Source of the DNA: Podarcis gaigeae
Taxonomy: Eukaryota
Direction: 5' to 3' (one strand)
NCBI GenBank assembly: GCA_964106915.2
Contig: OZ066915.1
DNA length: 64,000 bases
Positions 12,388 through 25,800 of this stretch are shown here, one piece after another. A model generated the notes under the pieces. The model saw only the letters and a program-made list of their open reading frames with translations. It was not told the DNA's origin and did no database searches. The first letter of the stretch is position 1. The number at the start of each line of letters is the position of its first letter. Position numbers and translations under genes: made by a program.

Positions 12388-12500
12388 GTCCAGGCCTGGC
12401 CTTTATTGCCTATCCGAAAGCTGTGTCCATGATGCCACTCCCAACTTTTTGGGCTATTCTTTTTTTTATTATGCTTCTGTTGCTTGGCCTGGACAGCCAG
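12388..12500 (+). CDS. SLC6A6: SLC6A6 coding exon ([38 protein letters not shown])
   Basis: tttag|GT acceptor, CAG|gtgagt donor; 113 nt; GPGLAF and LGLDSQ motifs. Confidence 0.97.
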
Positions 12501-13933
12501 GTGAGTAACCATAGCAACAAACACAGCATCCATACTGTATGATGGAAAATTTAACAATGTAATTGGGTTTGTTGCATTTTCTGCTCTGGGTCAAATGCAT
12601 CATAAATGTTGCAGAAAAGGATTGCTTCATTCTCTAGCAGAGAAAGGATAACAGCTGTTAATCAGTGTTAGCCTATGCACTGTTTTAAAGTGTATGAAGT
12701 GGCTAATTAAGTTATTCAGGAAGTTTTCAGCTAAATCAGAAAGGGACAAAGCCATCCTTGGGATGTGGGGTTGAGTACCCTTGCATGTCCTGCCTTTCAT
12801 AAGGTCTCTTACAGTTCAGCACCCTTGAAAACGGAAACCATGGATAAGCTCTTTTTTAAAACAGTTAGACTAAATGTGTAGTACACATTGGTGGTGGTGT
12901 TATTCCTTGAGGAAATGGACGGCTGCCCCGCCTCCCCAAAGAGACCTATTTATATGACGCAAATAAATCTGTTAATAATTTGTAGGCTATTGCTAGTTGC
13001 ACAGATGTACCAGGGATTTAGGGGGTATTTCATTGAGTTGGTTTAAGAATTTAAACTAACAAGGTTCTATTTATTCCTTGGGAAAGTAGCTTTAACATTA
13101 AATAAATCTACTTGACGGGGCAGAAAGTTTACTGAATTCAAAACCTCTCATATGAGCAGCGATTAGTGGAGTTTTCCCTCTGGCTGTTACTCACTTGATC
13201 TCTTAAATTGGCAAAGCATTCCATTTGTTCTAAATGGCTCTTTAGTGCTTAATCTTTGAACTCCAGTGAGTGACTTTTAATCACTTCCAAATTGAATGTT
13301 AAAACATGCTTGGTGCTGTGGTTCTGCAACCAAGTACTTATGTAAATTGAGGGTTGCCTAGTAATTTTAAGTCATTTCTCACTGTGTAGAATAATTAAAA
13401 CTAATTGGAGCACTTAATGTTTTGTTTGCTTTTGGAGCGCTGTCAGGCAGGATTTTGGAATGCTAGAATAGCTTAGGAGCAAGCTAGACTATAGTTGTAT
13501 TGCAACAGAAGAAGAAAAAACTGCTGGAAGTGTACTGCATTTTAAGGCCCTGGGTTAAAGAAAGATTTTAATATATTAGCTTGTGAGTTAGCTTTACAGA
13601 GCACAGTACTAGTGCAGCTGTTGCTCGTTAGCAGAAACAAATATATGTTATGTGTGTAAAGAAAATGGCTTATACCCCCATGCATAATAAACTGAAAGAA
13701 GAAGATAGGGACTTAATTTTAAATACTTGGAAGGAGGACATTCTAAGTGCAAAACCCCAGTTAGACACCACTCACAGGCTGTAACCTTGACTTGTTGAAA
13801 GGTTAAGCAAGTAAATGGATTCAGCTTCTCCAGTGAGAGTGCCAGCACTGTTTCCAAGGCATGCCTTGTATGAAAGAATGGAACACATTCATGGCAGTTG
13901 TTCAGGGTTCTTTTTTCTTTCCTTCTCTGCCAG

Positions 13934-14071
13934 TTTGTTGAAGTTGAAGGACAGATCACGTCATTAGTTGATCTGTACCCATCCTTCCTAAGGAAGGGTT
14001 ACCGACGGGAAATCTTCATCGCTATAATATGTTTCGTCAGCTATCTTCTGGGACTATCTATGGTGACTGAA
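13934..14071 (+). CDS. SLC6A6: SLC6A6 coding exon ([46 protein letters not shown])
   Basis: cag|TTT acceptor, GAA|gtaagt donor; 138 nt; [13 protein letters not shown] is diagnostic of TauT among SLC6 members. Confidence 0.97.
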
Positions 14072-14667
14072 GTAAGTGAGACGAGCTGGTGTGGGTTTGC
14101 TTGGGTTTTGCTTTCATTCTGTGAAGTCAAATAGTACAGTGCAAGAGGGAAGCAATCGCAGTTCAATGGCAGAGCACAGGCTTTGCATGTGAAAAGGGCC
14201 CAGGTTGATTTCCTGCATCTCCAGTTAAAATAAAATTGGGAGAACTTTTCCTTCTTAGAGCTTCAGAGAGCTGGTAGCAGCCAGAGCTAACAGTACTGGG
14301 CTGGATATACAAATAGTTTGGCCTGAGCATTGGTACCTAAGAGAGGAGCCTGGCTCTATAAAACGGTTACTCTGTTGTTGTCATTGTTGTTTTTTAAAGC
14401 AGAAAGAACAGCTGAGAACTGATTTATCCAAAGCTTTCATTTCTCTTAAGTTCTCCAGTGGTGTCAATGTAAGGCCATGCCAGTTGCAGCCCTGTGTATT
14501 ATTAGTCCTGCTTTTAAACAGCACTGCATTTTCCCCAAGCTTATTTTTATAGAAGAACCTAGACAGCGTGCTCCGTTGTGCTGTAGATCTGGAGTAAACA
14601 AAGCTAGACAGATGTGAAACATGTGGGAAATGGTGCAGGTTGAAGCCTATCTCATTATATTTGGGGC

Positions 14668-14875
14668 TTCAAAAGCACGTCAGAGCGCAAGTAGATAAAT
14701 AGGCACCGCTCCGGTGGGAAGGTAAATGGCATTTCCGTGCACTGCTCTGGTTTGCCAGAAGCGGCTTAGTCATGCTGGCCATATGACCCGGAAGCTGTAC
14801 GCCGGCTCCCTCAGCGCTACAACCCCAGAGTCGTCCGCGACTGGACTTAACTGTCAGGGGTCCCTTTACCCTTAC
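14668..14875 (+). mobile_element. Sauria SINE (Squam1-like), 5'-truncated
   Basis: caagtagataaataggcaccgct...gcttagtcatgctggcca...ggggtccctttacc, homologous to the longer copies at 46391, 59364 and 63629. Confidence 0.9.
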
Positions 14876-15401
14876 AAGAGAGCCTTATAGAAGGTGCTAG
14901 AAAATGGAGCAGAGGGAAATACAGTGCATGAAAGGAAAATATCATGCTAAGGGAAAAGCAGTGTCAGCCCATATATGAGGAAGCTCCTTGATAAGCGTTG
15001 CTTCCATATATTTTGGTCTTGTTATAGCAATTTCCGTTGAACACCAATTGTTTTCTCCCACCATATTTTTCTTGTGAGAGCCCATCCTAAAATACTATCC
15101 TTTAGAAAGGAAATAGCTCAGTGTTGGAGTAGAACAAGCTAAATGGCTTAATTTTGGCCAATCACAATCTCTTTCAAAAATGCCTTCTACATAAGAAATA
15201 AGTGCATGTTCTGAGGAGGACAACAGCATGTGCTTATAACTCCCCAACAGTTGATTGACAGTTGTATTTGCAGATGAGTAATCTTCTCCAGAGTGAGTCA
15301 TAGATGTGAAGGATAGGGATGAAGGTCATCTTGCTTGCCACAGGTTTTCTTTGTGGTTTATTAATAGCACTTGTTTCTTTTTCTCTCTTGCTCTTTTTCA
15401 G

Positions 15402-15504
15402 GGTGGCATGTATGTGTTTCAACTCTTTGACTACTATGCAGCTAGTGGTGTATGCCTTTTGTGGGTTGCATTCTTTGAATGCATTGCTGTAGCCTGGGTT
15501 TATG
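15402..15504 (+). CDS. SLC6A6: SLC6A6 coding exon ([35 protein letters not shown])
   Basis: cag|GGT acceptor, G|gtgagt donor; 103 nt. Confidence 0.97.
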
Positions 15505-15619
15505 GTGAGTAAGTTGTAAATATCTGGCCTGGTATTTTTCCTACAGGAACAACTAAACATTGCAGGGTCTTGGAAGATTAGGCTCCTGGATCCCAGGAGT
15601 TGGGATTGTGAGGGAGGCA

Positions 15620-15653
15620 GAGCTAAAATAGGGGTCGAGCTAAAATAGGGGTC
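15620..15653. repeat. 17-bp tandem duplication
   Basis: gagctaaaataggggtc twice. Confidence 0.9.
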
Positions 15654-15730
15654 TAAGTGACAAATATAATTTTTCTTACTTTGCTTCCTGAGATGCAGTC
15701 CTTGACAGGAAAAAAAAGGTTGCTATATGG

Positions 15731-15998
15731 CAGGCATGTCCAACAGGTAGATCGTGATCTGCTGGAAGATCACCAGGTGTTCCTGGTAGATCTTTGGCCC
15801 CTCAGAGATCTCCTCCCCCCCCCAAAAAAAAAGGGGAGGAGGAAGCTGAACAACTGTGAAAATCTTTAATAAAACAACAACTTTGCCTTTCCCAAAAAAG
15901 CTCGACAACTTTGGCCCATCCAACAACAATGGGTAGATCACTGCCAGTTTTTTAATACTGTGAGTAGATCGCAGTCTATTGGGAGTTGGAGGTCCCTG
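15731..15998. mobile_element. Non-autonomous hAT transposon with repeated GTAGATC subterminal motifs
   Basis: TSD CTATATGG/CTGTATGG (1 mismatch); termini CAGGCATGTCCAAC / GTTGGAGGTCCCTG. Confidence 0.75.
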
Positions 15999-17145
15999 CT
16001 GTATGGGAACAGAGTTGGTGAATGTGAAGCTAAGAATCACTTTCCTAATTGAAACAACATATTGGCTTTCTTAGGAAGTGAGCCTGAGTCCCAGCCTTGA
16101 AAAATGAAGTAGTGTTTATAATACACATTACATTGCGAGAGACATTGGCTGAATCAAGCAGGATGCGGTGGTTGGTTTGGGGAATTTTCAAAAAGTATCT
16201 CCCTTTTCCAAAAGCAAGATTTTCAGGGGGCAATTGAAAAGGCATGGGTGGGCTTTTTGAGAGGAAAGTTAATGGGGCTTGGCCCCTGTACCAGTGTTCC
16301 CTTTTGCTATGCTGCTCTGTGGCAATGAAAGTGCTGCTGTGCAGCAAACAGGGAGCATCTGCCCAGATAGACTTTGCATGTTCATCTGAGTGCAGATGTT
16401 GCCTGTGCCTGTGCTGACACCATTAGAAGTGGTCTGGAACTTCAGAGGGAAGGCGGTGCAACTTCTGTTGCCTTCGGCACTACATAGCCAACTCTGAATG
16501 GGTCTGGCTTGCCATCAATTTTACAATGTGGTGTCTTTTTAGTTGAATCCCATTGTGAAGGAGAAAGCATAAGTTTAACTTTTAAGGCTGAAAAAAAAAT
16601 CCTGGACCAGTAGTAGACTGGGGAAGAATCACTGTTTTAACAGTAAGATAGAAGGTGTGGGTTTTTCAGCACTCTTTTCAGGTTTCTTGAAAACACACTT
16701 TTTATTTCAAAACTCTGGTGCACATAAGTGTGGGAATCATCCCTACTGAGGTAAAAAAAAGAACAAATTTCTTTCTGTTTGGTATGATAGTGTTTATGTT
16801 AAACATAGCCTGTCTCCCTAGTCCTAGCCCTCCCAGCCTATAAATGGTTGTGGATAATGCAATAAAACTATGGTTTGCTGGATCTGCAGCTCATCCCCCT
16901 GGAAATTAAGTCATATCCATGTTGATATTTTTAGAAACTTGTTATAATTTCTATTATAATAAAGGTTTGAAATGCCCCCACCTTTTTGGTACCTGTTTTC
17001 TGTGATGGTTTTGTTCTACACTTGATTTTGCATTTAATAAAAAAGAATTTAAAAAATGTGGCATAGCTCCCATTATGAGGTTAGAGCCAAAGCAGGCATC
17101 TCATCCAGTCCAGTAACATTCCCTTTCCCTTTTGTCGAACTCTAG

Positions 17146-17246
17146 GCGCTGATAATTTTTACGATGCCATTGAAGATATGATTGGTTACAGGCCCGGTCC
17201 CTGGATGAAGTGGAGCTGGATTATAATCACACCAGTTCTCTGTGTG
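17146..17246 (+). CDS. SLC6A6: SLC6A6 coding exon ([33 protein letters not shown])
   Basis: tag|GC acceptor, GTG|gtgagt donor; 101 nt; IEDMIGYRP motif; translated by hand. Confidence 0.96.
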
Positions 17247-19164
17247 GTGAGTGCTTGAAACAGCTTGGCTAAAACATGGTTTTGCATCTGTAGTAGACTT
17301 TGTTGCTTTATTATTTTACTCCTCATCTTCTCCAACAGTAGCTTCATGAGTTAAGATACTGAGTTAAAAATGTATAATGTGTAAAGGAATTGCTCCCATG
17401 TTAAAACATCTCCACTGGTATTCCATTTTTCTCCATGCCCACATAAAACTGCTGGACTTTTGCATGTAAAACCATCAGCTGGGGAATCTAAAAGACCATC
17501 TTTCTCCCACGTGAACCTGCCTACCAATTTAGATCTTTTTCAGAGGCTTTCCTGTGGACCACTCTGCTGCAGCTAACAGAAATGGCTTTTAATGTATTAT
17601 AGGGTGCCCAAATGATGAAATTTTCACCCCCAGATATCATCATCATTAATAATAATAATAATAATTTCTGTACCGCCCTTCATCTGAGGATCACAGGGTG
17701 GAAGGCACCCCCTGCTACTGAAGCTGCCTGAGCCTCAAGAAACAACAATGAATCCAGAAGCAACTCCAAGCTATGTGCCTATTTGCCTGGCACTCTATTA
17801 ATGACCTTTTTTCTCTAGGCAAAGTCCATTCTATTGCAAAGGAAGACTAAGGAGTGCACTTTTAAGCACACTCCTGAATCTTCTTTTGCAGCCACTGCTT
17901 GAATTCAGAACGTGAAAGTTGAAACTGGAGCTGCGAAAAAAGAAGCATGAACGCCTTTAGAGTGTGCTTCTAGTGCCTCTTTTTGCAGTCCCTACTTGAA
18001 CTTCCAGTCACCTGGCTGTCCTACTCAGCTGTCAAAGTGGCCTGTGGAAGGGTTTTTATCTTACTGGTAGCTGCGTAGAGCTGCATTTTTGCTGCTTTCA
18101 GTTTTGTAAGCTGCCTTGAGGGCATCTGCAGCAAAAGGCAGGCCATAAATTCTATAAATAAACATGCAGTAAGCAGAACAGTAATCAAGCATTGTTTGAA
18201 GGCATTGGAATGTGATGGGCCGTTGCCATTAGATGGTTGCTCAAGCTATTTCAGTTAAACTTTATATACTTTAGCACACAGGAAGCCTGAGAGAGAAGTG
18301 GATCTATAATACTAGTATTTTGAGATGGCTTACTCTGCAGGCAAGAAGAAAGCCCCACTGAACACAGCAAGATCTGCTTCTGAGTAAACATGAACAAGAT
18401 TGCACTGCATATTACACAAAGCCTAAAATGTGGAAGCATTCATGTCAAGTGAAAAGAAGTAGGGCAGTGCTACGATGAATACATCAAAGCCTTCTTGTTC
18501 TTTTTGGTGTATAGTAGTGCAGCACAGGAGTAGCCAGCACTCCCAGTGGTGTGTCTGTACACAGGGCTTATTTCCCTGTCACCTCTTTCCCCCACCCCAT
18601 CATAACACAGCTGCCAGAAGGCTTGGTGTGCAGCATGCTACACTTTTTCACTTTTGGTTGCACAGCATATACAACAAAACAACACTCTTACTGAATGGGG
18701 AAAGGATGCAGAACAAATTTGGCATCCCCTACCCCTGCTATTACCAATTATTACCAAAATCTCTAGCAGTGTGATTCCAGGGGCAGAGGAAGCGCTAAGG
18801 GGTTGTACTTAATGGAAAGGAAGGAATGAGGTTGATGTTGTTTTCTGAATCTCAAGTTCCAAAAAGGAAGTGGAGAAAGCTTTTAGAATGTTCATTTTCT
18901 CCCACTCCACAGCTTCTTGTAAACACACACTTAGGCATGTGCAGAGTTAGGCATGAAAGCAAATAACAACTGCAAAAACTACAGCAGAAGCTCAACCTTT
19001 GTCAAGCTTATCTATTGTCAAGCTCGTGTTTTTCCTATAGACTGTACATTCATTGGATACTGTAAATCCATGCAGCTACTAGTGTTAGTAGCAGAAAGGT
19101 GCATACAGTTCTTCCAACAAATCTTCAACCTGTCTGTTTTGTTTTGTTTCTTTTCCTAATACAG

Positions 19165-19335
19165 GGGTGCTTTATCTTTTCTCTGGCCAAGTATACACCA
19201 CTGACCTACAACAAGGTGTACATATATCCTCAGTGGGCCATTGGCCTGGGGTGGATTCTTGCCCTCTCTTCTATGGTCTGCATCCCGCTTGTAATGCTTA
19301 TCCGTATTCTACAGTCCGATGGCTCTCTCATTGAG
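19165..19335 (+). CDS. SLC6A6: SLC6A6 coding exon ([30 protein letters not shown]...SDGSLIE)
   Basis: cag|GGG acceptor, GAG|gtaagt donor; 171 nt. Confidence 0.97.
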
Positions 19336-20799
19336 GTAAGTCAACAACCTGGAAGCACATGAGAATGCACACTGGCCCTCACAGGCTTTTTTCTCCGAAA
19401 CTGCCTTCCCAGCATCAGCTTCAGTGCTTTGCTGCAGGATCCAGGCTATTTCCAGCGCACATACATCATTTCTACATCTACAAAAATTTTCCTGGTCATT
19501 CATTCAACGGATAGGGCAATTTTACAGGCCCTGTTATTTTGGTGCATTCACAATGCTTAAAACAGGGCATAGCATAGTTCCTCTGTTGAACTGGACAAGG
19601 TTCAGTGCAATTAAATATGATGCCTGTTGCTTTAGTCATATTTACATTCTGGAAAAGAATACAGGTGCTCAATAATTTTAGCTTCTGGACAGCTGGAACG
19701 TGGCCAGTATAGAGCAAAGTTAGAAATGCATGGGATTGTAATATTTGCTAAAAGAACTGGTGTCCATTTACAAACCACAAAGCCCTCTCTATCCAAGTTG
19801 ATTCCTCTAAGCCAGTACAGTAATTTCCAACCTTTTCCAACCTGGGACCTTACTTAGCCCAAACATCCACACCATTTCTTAAAGGGACTTGTTTGCAATT
19901 GTACTTACTGGAGTGGAGATACCCAGGTATAAAATGTGGAGACTCTATCACATAGGAAGTGTGCAAGCATTTGGTACTGTAATAATCAAATGCACAGAAA
20001 CAGTAATCAGGCAATAATATAGGCCTTTTTATTAATATGTTTTTAATTAATTATCCATTTTTAAACAACATGTATTTTAAATAACAACACTCAAATATAT
20101 TCATTCTAATAAATAGTTTACAATCAGGTGTCAATACAGTTAACTTACTAATTCCTTCATTGTGTAGCAGGCTTTCCCCCCAGTATAGAACTTCTATTTT
20201 CATACATTTCTAAAGGGGCAAGCTTCAAATATTTATCCTTTTTAAATAAATCCAGGAATCATCTATTTTGCGCTATTACTATTTTGCCTGAGTATAAGAG
20301 TTGCATGAGTAGCAGTCCTCTGCCTAGTTTCTATACTGGAATCTCAGACACGTCAGCCTAGCTTTTGATGATTGTACTTTGACAAGAGCCCTAGTAAAGA
20401 CGTGAAGGTCCACCTGTGGGGTCCACATGTTGAGTGTGCAGACTCCCTTCCAGGTGCTGCACCATAGATGGGCATCCTAGCTACATAGTGTGCTGTGTGG
20501 AAGGATCTGGCCTGCATCAGCTGCACTACTGAGTTAAGAGAGCCACCTAGTGGAAGCAGTAACTTATCAGTACCTCAGGTCCAAGTGATGCTCACTGCAT
20601 ATTACTCACACTAGCTTCCCCCCAAACCTTTCTTCTGTGTTGCCTTCTTGTTCTTTGCATTATCACACTTTCTCCCAGTAACAAAATCAGTTTTCTGATC
20701 TCATCTCTTCTCATGAGCAGTGGCTTGGACGTTCAAACTAAATCCACTTCATGGTCATGAACCAACATTTTTTTGCCATTTGAACTGTGAATACATAAG

Positions 20800-21235
20800 A
20801 GCAGCCCTGCCAAATCATACCAAAGGCATGGGTATTTCAACACCCCCCTTCCCCCCCCCCCAAAGTCAGATCCTTGCAGGAAACCCACAAGCAGCGCCCT
20901 CTTTCATTTGTTCACTAGTGACTTGAATAACTCAGAAGCATGGTGTCTCTGATCCCGAGGAAGCATACAGGCATCGTGATGGGTAGCCACTGATAGCTCT
21001 ACCTTCCATCAATTGGTCTAATCCCTTTTAAAAGCCAGCAGCCACTGCCGCTGACATTTTGCAGCAGCCAATTCCCTCACTTAGCAATGTGCTGTAAGAA
21101 GAAATACTCCATCTCCTTTGGGCCAAATCTATTCAGTTTATTAATTACCCTTCACCATAAGGTCCCAGGACAGGTTACATCCATTTAAAATGCAATATTT
21201 GAAAACAGGCTACCTATTAAGTTCTCTTGGATGAC

Positions 21236-21267
<32 letters not shown>

Positions 21268-21850
21268 TGAAAGAGATAGGTCTCTCCTCTCTTTCCACAC
21301 TATGCATCATTTTACACAACTCTGTCATGTCTTCTCTGACCTTTTTTTCTAAACCAGAAAACCCCAGGTGTTCTAATCTTTCCACATAGCGGAGCTGTCC
21401 TTTTCTATACCCTTTCCTGTTCTACAATATTCCTCCCCCCCCTTTTTTTTTTGAGATGCAGCAACCAGAACTGTTGGCATTGGCTTGTGTTCATTGCAGT
21501 GCTACTGCTAAGGTGCTGTCAGCACAAGGATTTTCCTTGCATGATAGGACCTTCTTCCCTTGTGCCCCCCACCTGATCTTTTCTGGGGGTTGCCCCAACC
21601 CTCCAGAGCTGTTTTGGGAACAGCACAGGAGGAGGAAGGAATTAATGTGGGAATCCTTGTACTAGCTTCTGCTGGTGCAATGCGTTTGCTGAGTATGACC
21701 CAGTGTGCTATTTCAAGTGTGCTACATCATAGGTATTGGTATTATAATAATGGCAGTTTTATTTTCAGCCCCTTTCCTAACAATTCCTAGTATGATATTC
21801 AGTTTCTTTCTACAGCTGCTGGAGGCTGAGTTGATGCATATCTACCATAA
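20800..21850 (-). mobile_element. Degraded CR1 LINE 3' fragment, interrupted by (TG)n and a MITE; boundaries approximate
   Basis: ORF 21185-21385(-) ERLEHLGFSGLEKKVREDMTELCKMMH resembles the CR1 ORF2 C-terminal motif ERLxxLGLFSLEKRRLRGDMIxVYKI. Confidence 0.65.
21236..21263. repeat. (TG)n microsatellite
   Basis: Seen directly. Confidence 0.95.
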
Positions 21851-22264
21851 CCTCTCCCCACCTCGCCCCTGCCGGTGATATTTTTCTGGTCATCACTGCC
21901 AGTTCAGTCATACACGTTTGGATTCCACTAAATTGTGTGCATAGAACAAGGTCCATTCATGCAATTATGCTTCCATCTCCTCTTCCCACGTGCCCTTTCC
22001 TTCCAATCTGCTCTGGAGCATTGGGGAAGCCCCCAGAACAGGTTTAGGGGGCATCTGGTTGGGCTTTGCTTATGTTCTTATAAGGAAAGGAGAGAAAATC
22101 TCGAGCACACCCCATTCTGTGCACACAAGCATCCTGCTAAGCCTTACATTGAACTCTGCCCACATTCATGTATCCGTAAAGTTAGGCTTTTTCACTCCAA
22201 TTTTTCACTCCATAATGATCTGGAAGCCTTTTCAAATACCATGTTTCCCTTTCTCTCTTTCCAG

Positions 22265-22405
22265 AGGGTGAAGACAGTGGCTGCCCCTCGTGAGATAACT
22301 CGGTGGGAGAAAGAAACAGAGAGCGCTGCCCCCTTCTGCCCTCCTGGAATGGCCAATGGAGAACTGATCAAGCCAACTCATATCATCGTGGAGACAATGA
22401 TGTGA
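22265..22405 (+). CDS. SLC6A6: SLC6A6 last coding exon (RVKTVAAPRE...ELIKPTHIIVETMM*)
   Basis: ccag|AGG acceptor; ends with the TauT C-terminus KPTHIIVETMM and TGA at 22403-22405. Confidence 0.97.
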   Translation, partial: RVKTVAAPREITRWEKETESAAPFCPPGMANGELIKPTHIIVETMM

Positions 22406-22753
22406 GCTCTCTCTATGAGAGGAAGACGCCTGCTTTAAAACTGCCGTTTACTAACCATAGAATCTCTCATAGGACCAGGTTTACAGAGCTTTATATTTGC
22501 ACTAGGATTTATTTTTATTTCTCACAGAGAAAGTTATTTTTTGTGTGTTCAGTTTTTATTTTTTAATATTTTGTAAAGTAAATCACAGTGGATGCCTCTC
22601 GCTCTATTTAGAGGCAGAGCTTTCATATCAAATTAGGCACACTGCAGGAATTTACTAATTTTCTCTCTCTCCACACAACATATCTATCTAATGCCTATTC
22701 ATGATACCACTTTACCACTTGAGTTGATTTTCTTGCCAGCAATATATACATGG

Positions 22754-22838
22754 GCTGCAATCCTATGCACATTTTCTTGGGATTATGCCCCATTGAACAC
22801 AGTGGGACTTACTTCTGAGTAAACATATATAGGATTAT
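22754..22838. mobile_element. ~85-bp palindromic MITE-like repeat (other copies near 10358, 18340, 26411, 33020, 39473, 62716)
   Basis: AATCCTAT...cccattgaacacagtgggacttacttctgagtaaaca...ATAGGATT; recurs in both orientations. Confidence 0.7.
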
Positions 22839-25800
22839 GCCAACATACAACATATAAATATATGCATATACACGTTTCAAATTTCTTTAGGTGCTGGTGT
22901 GGTTGCGAACAGGGTAAAACCAAAACTTAAGAAAGTGAATATCTCACTGGAGGCATTTGCTTTTTTAATGCTTATGTTGTTTTAAGAAACTGGTTTTCAA
23001 AGGTGTGGCACTATCTTCCTCTGGTTCAAGTGGGGAGAATTAAAGCAGGAAAGGATACATGCTTTTATGCTTATTGTGGTCCATGTAAAATATAGAGAGA
23101 TTGTAGATATATATTTGTGTGCTTGTAATTGGAAAAGCTGCAATATGGGGTGGGAATTGGGAGCATTTGGGAACCAAGGGAACAATCCACGCAGCAGCCA
23201 TCTCCCGAGTACGGTTTCTGTGCGAAAAGCCTGCAAGAGGGTGGCAAGGTCATTCCTGCTTGGGTGGCATTTTGCCAGGCAGTACCCTCTCAGGGCCATT
23301 TTCTACATCCCACGAGTCCCGTCTTCCCTAAGCCAGTTCTGTGTTAATATCCCAACACAGGCAGAGTTTATATGTAGACTTCTGAGAAAGACATGCAGAC
23401 CTTTGTGTTGCTCTACTACTATTGTTGGTATAAAAGGGTTTCTCTGAGAAGCCGCCATGTGTCCCAGATCCCTTCTTGGGTTACTTTTTGAGACACGAGA
23501 GTAACTTAACAGGTTGGTGGAGTGGACTGAAGCAAAGTGATGTGGGGAGTGGCCCGTCTTCCGCAGGCCGTACTCGAGAAATGATCTGGCTTTGACTTGA
23601 ATTTTCTTAGAAAGGTAGCTTGCTGTCAAAGAGCACGTATAGAAGTGCAGCATTTGCAAGGATGCTGCAAAAGCACTGTGCAATTCTAAAGCATTTTTGA
23701 AACCCCAAACTTGCCAAAATTTATCATTTCTAGTTCACAGAAAGGAGTGTTGGGCCTGTATCATTCAAAGCAGCGTAGTAGCATATCGGTCACTATAAAA
23801 CCTGAAATGGACCTCTAGACCCACTGCTGAGGAAGCTACTGCAGCACAGGACTATTCAGGACGTGCAGCTGAGTGTGAGAGAAAGAAGGAGATGCAGGAG
23901 GCAGACTTAGATCCTGATCCTCACAGGCATTTAAGTAGAGTTATCATTTGTATCGTATGGAGATAAGGAAGCACAAGAAGATGAAATGAGCTACAAAGGC
24001 ATTTTAGTTTGGATGAGGCATGAAACATCTGAACAAGATTTTTCATCAATGAACTAAGCATACAGAACTTTCCCACTTACCTCAGGAATAAGGATTTGCT
24101 TCTGGAAATCTCACCTCAGTTTTGACCAAGCCCTGGTTCTTATGGAAGGTAATAAGAGATGATGTTGGATAAAGGCTCTTAGACCCTCCCATATGGGCAT
24201 TGATCTTGGAGGAGGCGGTGCCCCTTTTTAAGTGAGTATTGGCACTAAATGCAATATGGGCAGGATTGTAAGCCAGAAATGGCAGCAAAGCCTTTACCTG
24301 AGTACCTGTAGCCAGTTTAGTCTGTCAGTGACAGATACTGTAGTTTAAACTGGAACCTAGCCAGTATTTAAAAACATTCCTAATTACATTTTTTTAAAAG
24401 AAAAAAGAAAACCTAAGAAAATGTCTACGTGTGTCCCATGCTCTCATTGGCCACAGCGTATTGGCTTTACAAATGCTTGCTAAGTCATGTCAGGTTTTAT
24501 ATGAAATGGAAACAACAACTTTAAATAAAAAAGGACCAAAGCACAGTTATTTCAAGTTTCTTGTATAGCTGACTTTTTTTTTTAAGGTAAGAGTCTCAAA
24601 TTTATTTTTATGCGAGGGAACTGAACTTTGAGTACACACAGGTGGTCAGGGTCAAGGCTTTCATTTTCCAGTGACCATCCTCCTGGAAGAGCCTTAAGCC
24701 AAACACTTCCATAATATGTGATGACATGATAGCATAGTTCTCAAATCCTAGCCCCTACCAGCTGAAAAGCTTAACCTGGAGGGCTAAGGCAGCCAAGGGA
24801 AAGCTGACCTCTCTCATCCAAGCCTCATTGCTAGCCAAAGTAGGACTCCAATTTAATAAGCACAGGTCTATTTCATGCTATTGGGAAGCAATGAGGAGTT
24901 AGGCCAGAAGCAGATCTTAACTGAATTCCCTTGACTCTCCCTGGTGCACATTGACCTAAATATGGTGCAGTGTATATTTTGATAAGCAAGTAAATAAATG
25001 AGTTCAGGCTTTCCAAAGCAGCTGATGATCCCAGTGCAAATATAATCAACCAGGGGATACTCTAAGCACATATTGTGGGAGGATGAATTTCCAGAACAAA
25101 ACCAGAAAGAATCAGTCCTGCGCCTTTAGAGTTCCAGCTAGGGAAGACAAGTACCCAGCCCATTTTGAGGTTAAGCTGTGCCATTTGAATCAGTAGCTTC
25201 CATGTTGAGGGTGAAAGGGTTTTATAGGCATATACACAGTGACCTTAAAAAGTTATGCTAGCTAGTTAGTGTAATTGGGGGCGGGTGGGGGTGAGCAAAG
25301 CCTCAATCAAGTTTAACACAGCCTGTCATCCCTAGGTTTTCTGTTCCAAGGAGCACATTTTCACACCGCAAAATCTCTGAAAAATTGAATGTGGTAAATC
25401 TGAATGTCAACAGTAGATTCTGCCAAATTAAAGGGCATGGGGTGGGAGTGGGGGCAGGGTTAGGGGGACATTGTAAACAACTGTTTGTATTTTCTACTTA
25501 TTTATGATTGAAAAAAAGAAAGACTGGTTTTTTTCTAATTTACTTTGTAGAACTTTGTGGCCTATTTTATCTGTTATTTTGTAACTAAGAAGTTAAATAT
25601 TCAGTATTGTGACTAACTGTTGGTGAACTGGTTTGGATTCAGGGAGATGGGGGAGGGAGGGCGGAATAGCATAAATGTTTGTTCACATAAGTGATTGCAT
25701 TTCCAAAAAAAAAAGTGGGGAGAGAATGAGAGCATACCTTGAATGATTTGTGGGTTTGGAAAAGGGACATGTTCTTGAAACAGTGTTCTTGATTTGGATG

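Noticed and set aside
1434-22405. SLC6A6 as a pseudogene because of the phase mismatch
   Set aside because: All visible exons are intact with proper splice sites, and the mismatch coincides with an assembly gap.
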